Origin: Eledone cirrhosa
Taxonomy: Eukaryota
Reading direction: 5' to 3'
Length of the DNA stretch: 64,000 nt
NCBI GenBank assembly: GCA_964016885.1
Contig: OZ024741.1
Coordinates: 207,886,001-207,950,000 of the forward strand
Part shown: positions 57,050 to 64,000 of the stretch, in pieces
How positions within the stretch are numbered: position 1 is the first letter of the stretch
Layout of the letters: the number at the start of each line of letters is the position of its first letter
Program-made: the position numbers and the translations under genes
The notes under the pieces: model-generated
What the model was told of the DNA's origin: nothing
What the model saw: the letters and a program-made list of their open reading frames with translations, nothing else
Databases searched by the model: none

Positions 57050-58440
57050 ATTGTTCTGCTTTGGGAGGGTCATGTTGCCAATAAGAAACACACGCACCAG
57101 TGCTTTTACTTCAATTTATTATAAATTAAATTATAAATTTAAAATTATTTTTATAAATTTCCGGTTGGTTGTTTGGTTCCACAACCGGACGGTTGTTCAA
57201 ATATTGTCAAAATTCTTTCGTCAAACATTCTGTGACCTCATCAGTGACCGGGGATTATTTTCTTTGTTTTGTGCCTCTCCTTTGTTCTGTCCTACGCCAT
57301 CTTGTTTTTGTGTGTGTTGTGTGCTTATAGTTGGGAGCCTGTGTGTGTTTTTATTTGTTTATTTATTTGTTTATTTACATGTTACTAGTTAGTTGTTTGT
57401 TCTATGTGTGTATGTTTTCATTTTGTCCTTAATTGTAAGTTGTGATGTTGCTATTCCATTCATGTTTTCTATTTATTTTTGGTTGGAGTTCATTTATGTT
57501 TATTGCCTCTGTGATTTGTCTAAACATTGCGTCTTTTCTGTGTGTAGATTTTATTTTTATTTCTATGTTCTCTAATTTGCCCTTATGTTCTATTTTACCA
57601 TGTTGGTGGAGTACTGATGAGTCTTTTCCATCTTGGAGTTCTCGCCAGTGTTCATTTAATCGTTCTCCTATGCTACGAGCTGTCTCACCTATGTACATTA
57701 TATTTTTATCTTTACATCTTATGCTATATACTATGTTTCTAGTTTTACAGTTAATATGGGGGCTTAGTTTACAGATTATGCATTTCTTATCTATACAGAG
57801 AGGTCTTTTAAAAGGCTATGTATTACTAATAAGTGTTTTTATGGAGGTACCTGCTCTTTCCACTATCTTAATATTTAGTTTAAGTTTATCTAGGGCCCTT
57901 CTAAATTTGTAAGCTAGTTCACCTCTAGGGGATGTGTTGATGAACATTACATTCTGATATTTATTGCTATTATGCAATGAGTTTATTTTATTAACCTTAT
58001 TCCTAGTTCTTTCTATTCTATTCCAAAATTTGCTCCTATACAAGTGGCAGGTCCCATTTGTATCATTATTTACCATTTTTTCCAGGATGTAACACATGCG
58101 CAAACTGAACACACAACACACACAAAAACAAGATGGCGTAGGACAGAACAAACGAGAGACACAAAACAAAGAAACGAATCCCCGGTCACTGATGAGGTCA
58201 CAGAATGTGAGACGAAAGAACTTTGAAAAGATATGAACAACCGCCCGGTTGTGGAACCAACCAACCAACCGGAAATTTATAAAAATAATTTTAAATTCAT
58301 AATTTAATTTATAATAAATTGAAGTGAAAGCACTGGTGCGTGTGTTTCTTATTGGCAACATGACCCTCCCAAAGCATAACAATATCGGTTTCAACACACG
58401 TTTTCAGATAAAGAATCTTGCTAAACGAATTCAGAAACGA
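57050..58440 (-). mobile_element. 5'-truncated PLE (Neptune-like, Cys-rich linker plus GIY-YIG) with inverted pseudo-LTRs (family B)
   Basis: Arms ~57050-57323 and ~58107-58384; tail to 58440. In-frame KIVERAGTSIK..SNT*PFKRPLCIDKKCIICKLSPHINCKTRNIVYSIRC..YIGETARSIGERLNEH..RQITEA..NRKHEW. HHRs at 57206-57248 (-) and 58185-58227 (+). Confidence 0.92.
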
Positions 58441-58463
58441 TATATATATATATATATATATAT

Positions 58464-59094
58464 ATACTTGGGGAGGGCCATATTTGTGTAATATTGCCAG
58501 AATTAATAACAGAACACACTCACTGTTTGGTTGGTTTTCGCTTCTGTGTCTTTTATATCAGTTAATTTAATTTATTCGGTCCTCAATATTGCTATTGATT
58601 GACCAACCTTCAAAAGTACAAATACAGTATAGTATATCAAAGTTCTTTCGTTGCACATCTGCAACATCGTCAGTGTTGCTATTATGTTTCCTCCCGTTGC
58701 ATTGTATGTTTACGCCATCTTTATTTAGTCTGTTTATTTATTTATTTGAAAAATAAATAAATAGACTAAATAAAAATGGCGTAAGCATACAATGCAACGG
58801 GAAGAAACATAATAACACCACTGACGATGTTGCAGATGTGCAACGAAAGAACTTTGATATACTATATATATGTGTTTGTGTCTATATTGTATCTGTACTT
58901 TTGACCGTTGGTCAATCAATAGCAACATTGAGGACCGAATAAATTAAATTAACCGATATAAAAGACACAGAAGCGAAAACCAACCAAACAGTGAGTGTGT
59001 TCTGTTATTAATTCTGGCAATATTACAACAATATGACCCTCCCCAAGTATAACAATATTTGTTTCGACACACGATTTCATATAAAAAACCTCGC
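58464..59094. mobile_element. Near-spacerless palindrome of two family B' pseudo-LTRs, each with an HHR
   Basis: Centre ~58749. HHR: CA-CTGACGA-T-GTTGCA gatg TGCAAC-GAAA-GAAC-TT-TG at 58817-58858 (+) and 58636-58677 (-). Tail only on the right arm. Confidence 0.88.
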
Positions 59095-59229
59095 ATAGTT
59101 ACGTCCCTTTACGATCTGAGTTCAAATCCCGCCGAGGTTGACTTTGTCTTTCATCCTTACGGGGTCGATAAAATAAAGTACCAGTAATACACTGGTTAAT
59201 TGCTGGCCTTGTGCCTAAAGTAGAAACAG
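59093..59229 (+). mobile_element. 5'-truncated tRNA-derived SINE
   Basis: Nearly identical to 25112-25248. Confidence 0.88.
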
Positions 59230-59267
<38 letters not shown>

Positions 59268-59622
59268 TTATATATATATATACATTCACATACATAAACA
59301 CACACACACATATATATATATATGTATGTGTGTGTGTGTGTGTGTTTATATATGTGAATGTATGTGTTTGTATGTATGTACACCAGTGTGTGCGTATCTA
59401 TGTTGTGTTTTTCTTTATTGTCTAAATACCACGTCTATGTATTCTCTAATCACTCTTCTCTTGCGACGAAACAGAAAAGTAAATTTACAGACACACCTCA
59501 AACTACATTGATAACCGCGGAGAGAGCGATGCACCCCACCCACAAAATTCTCATGTGTCCACGTGTTTGTATTATACATAAATAAATAAATGAATGAAAA
59601 TATAAGTAAATGAATTAATAGA

Positions 59623-59722
<100 letters not shown>

Positions 59723-59837
59723 CTTTTCCAAATTAATTTGTATTATGCTCTGAATAATTGATTTTTATTAATTCCTTCATCGAGCCAAATTGGTATCTCT
59801 CGGCCTCCTTTAAATGTATGTCTTTTCAGTGTTTATA

Positions 59838-60056
59838 CCGGTTTCATGGCGTGAAGCGACTGAGATTACAAGACTCCCCGCTGGACAGGACGCCAGTCCA
59901 TCGCAGGGTTAAACCCCCAGGTATTGCTGGTATCAGCTGAGTATACTGGTGAAATGAAGTGTTTTGCTAAAGGACACAACACGCAACCCAGGAATCGGAC
60001 TCATGACATTATGATCGTAAGTTCAACACCCTTACTAATAGGCCACGTGCCTCCAC
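59838..60056 (-). mobile_element. CORE-type tRNA-derived SINE
   Basis: Minus strand gtggaggcacgtggcc..cgattcc head, then ttgtgtcctttagcaaaacacttcatttcac core. Confidence 0.7.
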
Positions 60057-60463
60057 TATGTGTATGTCTATACTTGAGTATATAATATGCATATATCTTC
60101 AGTACATTCGTTATTTACTCCCTTACGGTCAAGTAAAGAATTAGGCCGAATCGGACTGTTATATTTAGCAGCATTTTCCCTTACCATTGTCCACATACCT
60201 ACGCCCCTCTGTAGGAAGCTAATCACGTAATAATTCTCAGGTTTGAATTTAATTGAGGCTAGCGGACAACTCGATAGAATTTCTTTCTTGTTTGAAAATG
60301 TTCCCTGATGATTTGAGATATTCACAGCTCATGTTAAGTTTTGCTCAATGAAACTGCAGCAGGGACACTGAGTAAATAGGTAAATATTTCTTTATCTTAT
60401 TTGCGTTTCCCAAATTAATTTATATATATTAACATATATATGTGTGTGTGTGTGTGTGTGCAA

Positions 60464-60558
<95 letters not shown>

Positions 60559-60818
60559 TATATATATAAAATAATAAATGGACGAATGGTTATTACTTCA
60601 TTACGTTTATTGGCAGGTGTCGCGCGTTTCGAGGTTCGATCTGTAACGATCTGACTAGACTCTGGAATCAAAAGCTCGTCGGACCTCTGTAGTAACCTAA
60701 ACATCGAGTTCTCAACTGGCTGAACCTACAGTAACTTCACGTTACACTCCCTGGATATACATATATATATATAAAATGGAAAACGAAGAATCAGTGATGC
60801 ATGGGAACACAATTTATT

Positions 60819-60910
60819 ACGTATTACAATTGTTTCTCCGGCGAACAGCTCAAGGTGCGACTGTTTGTGGATTGAACCTGACTCTGGATTCGCAAGTTAC
60901 TCAGATACGT
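60819..60910 (-). ncRNA. HHR-like motif with long stem II (family J)
   Basis: ACGTAT-CTGAGTA-~60 nt (GCGAA/TTCGC)-GAAA-CAATTG-TA-ATACGT; one core mismatch. Confidence 0.5.
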
Positions 60911-61008
60911 CTAGTGATTTCGAAGCAAATTCTCTTTCTCAAACGCTTTATATAACCCCCCCCCCACACACACACACACACACACGCATATATATATATA
61001 TATATATA

Positions 61009-62590
61009 TCTTTATATATATAAAAGCGAGGATGTGTGTGTGTGTGTACAACTTTGCATGCATAAGGCTTTCACAATTACCAACTGAATTTGACCAAAGT
61101 TTCTGTGCACGTTGCACAGGTCGCTAAGATTGTCACGTCACAAATATTTTGCAAATCGACCCACGTTGAGCCATAAAAAATCGATATCAAAATTATCGGC
61201 AGAAAAATTGATGTAAGGGAGATAACAAACTTTATTGACAATCCTTATAAAAAAGGGAGGTAATCTTTTCACCAAATATCCCCCCTTAAAGAAAGTATGC
61301 ACATAGTGGCTATCGGTCGAAGAAAACAATGCGTGTAAATGACGCTCCGCCGATAACCGAAAATAGACAATCACTAAATGCGGTGAGTACAGTTATTGCA
61401 ACATCTTAGTCCGCCGCCTAGCGTCGGTTAGTGCGGCGAACCAATAATGCTAAAGCAACTGCTGCAGCACGAGCTGCAGAGACTACAGGGCAACGTGAAA
61501 CACGCCTTGCTATGGATGCTACAGATACTGCTGCAGCAAGATCTGCAGAGACAGTACAAAAATATGAAAGGCAGCAACTTTGCTCCCTGGTGGAAGGACG
61601 GCACATTCAGTTTTTAAATTGCCCCTTGATTTGGCAAAATTGGAAACTCCTACTTGTCATATCACCAAAGACTCCGAAAGGGCTCATCTGCTGCGAAGGT
61701 GTCACCTTATTGTTTGGGATGAGTGCACAATGGCGCACATCCTCCAAAACTATGCAATGGTACACACCTTGTGGTTAAAAAACTGTCTCCACTTAGTATT
61801 GACGCTACCATTCTATCCGGATGTGGAAAAGGCGAGAATGTGATAGTAACAAAAATTATCCTGACTACATCAGGCGTGGATACTCCCTTCTCCTTTCGCC
61901 GAACCCAATTTCCCCTTCGTGTTGCCTTTGCGATGTCCATAAACAAGTCGCAAGGTCAAAATCTGTCAGTCGCTGGAATTCACTTGGATGAACCTTGCTT
62001 TTCGCACGGACAATTCTACGTTGCCTGCTCACGAGTTGGCAGTCGAGATAATCTCTTTGCGTTTGTTCCGAAAAGAAAAACAAAGAATATCGTCTATCCT
62101 GAAGTGCTTTACTGTTAACAAAAAAAAACTTATTACAGCTCTGCCTTGACTTCACCTTACTCATAACAAAACATACCAATGAATATGTCATGCAGGATAT
62201 TTAGTATTATAAGTTCAAAATTTAACCATACACAGCAAAGGATGCGCTCAAAGAATAGATTTTCTCTTATTCTACTCTCATTTTTTTTTTTGTATACTCT
62301 GCTTTCATTACAACTTTTTGTACTTTAGCAAAACTGCCTGTTTTATTTACAGATTTGCTACGTGTATTGTCTTTAATCATTTGTATAACTACATCCTGTT
62401 CAGTGTTTTCCTTAATTATCAGCATAGTTTTATGTGTACAAAGATTGCACTAAATATTCGTTTGCATTAATTATTGAAGACTTCTGCTTATTTTGACAGG
62501 TTGGGGACAAATAATTTTCTTCTTTTACTTCCTAGCTGTATATTCTTAGCATAATTTCAAACATCGAGCAACGCCGGGTAAATCTACTAG
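61009..62590 (+). mobile_element. Internally deleted Helitron with PIF1-like helicase remnants
   Basis: A|TC..CTAG|T termini with 3' hairpin; GGRTAHSVFKLP..WDECTMAH; LCNGT..RRTQFPLRVAFAMSINKSQGQNL..FSHGQFYVACSRV..TKNIVYPEVL. Confidence 0.93.
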
Positions 62591-62705
<115 letters not shown>

Positions 62706-62862
62706 CGTTTGACATAAGAAGCTATGGAAGAATATGAAATCTGAAAAGTGTGCCTCCCAACGCAAATGACCATAATAATAGTCGATCATTATAAATAGTA
62801 GCTGAGAAAATCAGAGTTTAAAAAGGTGGACAGATGTTTACTAAACCTCTCTCCATATGTAC

Positions 62863-62948
62863 ACGTCTGAAGAAACGATAACGTTCCGACTTCTGCTATA
62901 ATATCGTCGTAGTCGTGAGCAGAATTATCGTAGAATCAATTGTTACAT
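62863..62948 (+). ncRNA. HHR-like motif with long stem II (family J)
   Basis: CTGAAGA-A-ACGATAA..TTCTGCT..AGCAGAA-TTATCGT-A-GAAT-CAATTG-TT-ACAT; GAAT in place of GAAA. Confidence 0.45.
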
Positions 62949-63364
62949 AATAAATGTGTTGTAATCAGCTTTTCACTCATTGTTTTCGCTATACTCTGCG
63001 ATCTTACGTTACTATTAGGTAAATGATAATGGGGTCCTGAATTTACAATGGACTCATCGTATTGAGTGCTGAAGGTAGAGTTTGCTGGAGGGGTGTTGTT
63101 GTTCTTGTTGGTGGTAGTAGGTGGTAGTCATAATGTTCGTCACAAGTACGAAAATACACACTTGACAGGTGCAAAGTGTCCGAACACGGAAGAGCCGAAC
63201 TCCTACAGTTATCGACCCAAACTCTCTCGCTCTCCCCATCTCTCTGTATAGTGAGCAAATGGGGTGCCATGTGCTGCCGCCCCACAGCCCCGGCGGACAG
63301 AATGGAGGTGTTCCTCCGGAGGATGGTGAGGGAGATGTGCTAGAAGAGTCATTCCGACACTAGA

Positions 63365-63738
63365 ATTATTGGCAGTATCGGTATAGCATCAGACAACTTG
63401 CTTCGAGACATAGAGATGTGGCCCTTTACATTCTGAGTTCAAATCCCGCCAAGGTTAGCTTTGCCTTTCATCTTTATGGGATCGATAAAGGGGTCTATTT
63501 AATCGAGTTTTCCCTCCCCTAAATTTGTTGGCCTTGTGCCTAAATCAAACACCATTATTATTAGTGGATTGGCAGTATCGGTAGAGGGTCGGACGCCATG
63601 CTTTGCAGCAAAGAGTTACGGTTCTTTATGGTCTGAGTTCAAATCCACCAAGGTTAACTTTGCTTTTCATCCTTACGGGCTCGATAAAATAAAATACCAG
63701 TAATGCATTGTGAATTGCTGTGCTAAAAGTAGAAACAA
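63365..63738 (+). mobile_element. Two tandem tRNA-derived SINE copies
   Basis: ttggcagtatcggta..gagttcaaatcc.. starting at ~63369 and ~63569. Confidence 0.85.
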
Positions 63739-64000
63739 TTATTATTATTTTCCTTTGATTTTGCTGTATGTGTAATGACTACCAAGTATCTACCAGATAC
63801 ATAGGGTAGGCATCATTAGTTTTGACAGTTTCCGACAACATTATTATTGTCCTCAAATTCACTTAACAAGTTACATCACAAAGGTTGATAGGTAAATAAA
63901 TTAAAAAAGAAAGAGAAAGAAGTATTAAGTAGTATAATAAATATGAATTAATTTTGCATTAAAGATATTTGAATGGTATTAATAATTGATTAAAAATTAA

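Noticed and set aside
57816-57818. In-frame stop in the PLE ORF as possible selenocysteine recoding
   Set aside because: The codon is TAG, not TGA, and is not at a Cys motif position; a nonsense mutation is simpler
60615-60686. HHR-like motif on the minus strand (AGGT-CCGACGA..GAAA-CGCGCG-AC-ACCT)
   Set aside because: Two core deviations and an unclear stem II; may be a decayed copy but is not supportable alone

Overview
AT-rich, microsatellite-dense animal genomic DNA, probably cephalopod (Octopus-like); this is inferred from the SINE families and repeat landscape. There is one intact host gene, a class A GPCR with an uninterrupted CDS (16473-17687, minus strand). The rest is mostly mobile-element debris: an R4/Dong-type LINE, RTE, Tx1 and CR1 fragments, tRNA-derived SINEs, Tc1/mariner-type MITEs and two Helitron remnants. 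The main signal is a dense set of Penelope-like elements (PLEs) and non-coding relatives inserted in (TA)n. By eye I count about two dozen type I hammerhead ribozyme (HHR) motifs in about 10 families, several showing covariation or non-canonical cores. Two families look like non-autonomous retrozymes with ~430-440 nt and ~305 nt monomers. About ten inverted insertions follow one rule: one arm ends at an internal AT-rich site and the other carries an extra tail. Most ORFs in the supplied track are microsatellite translations. Everything was read by eye with no search or folding run, so boundaries are approximate.
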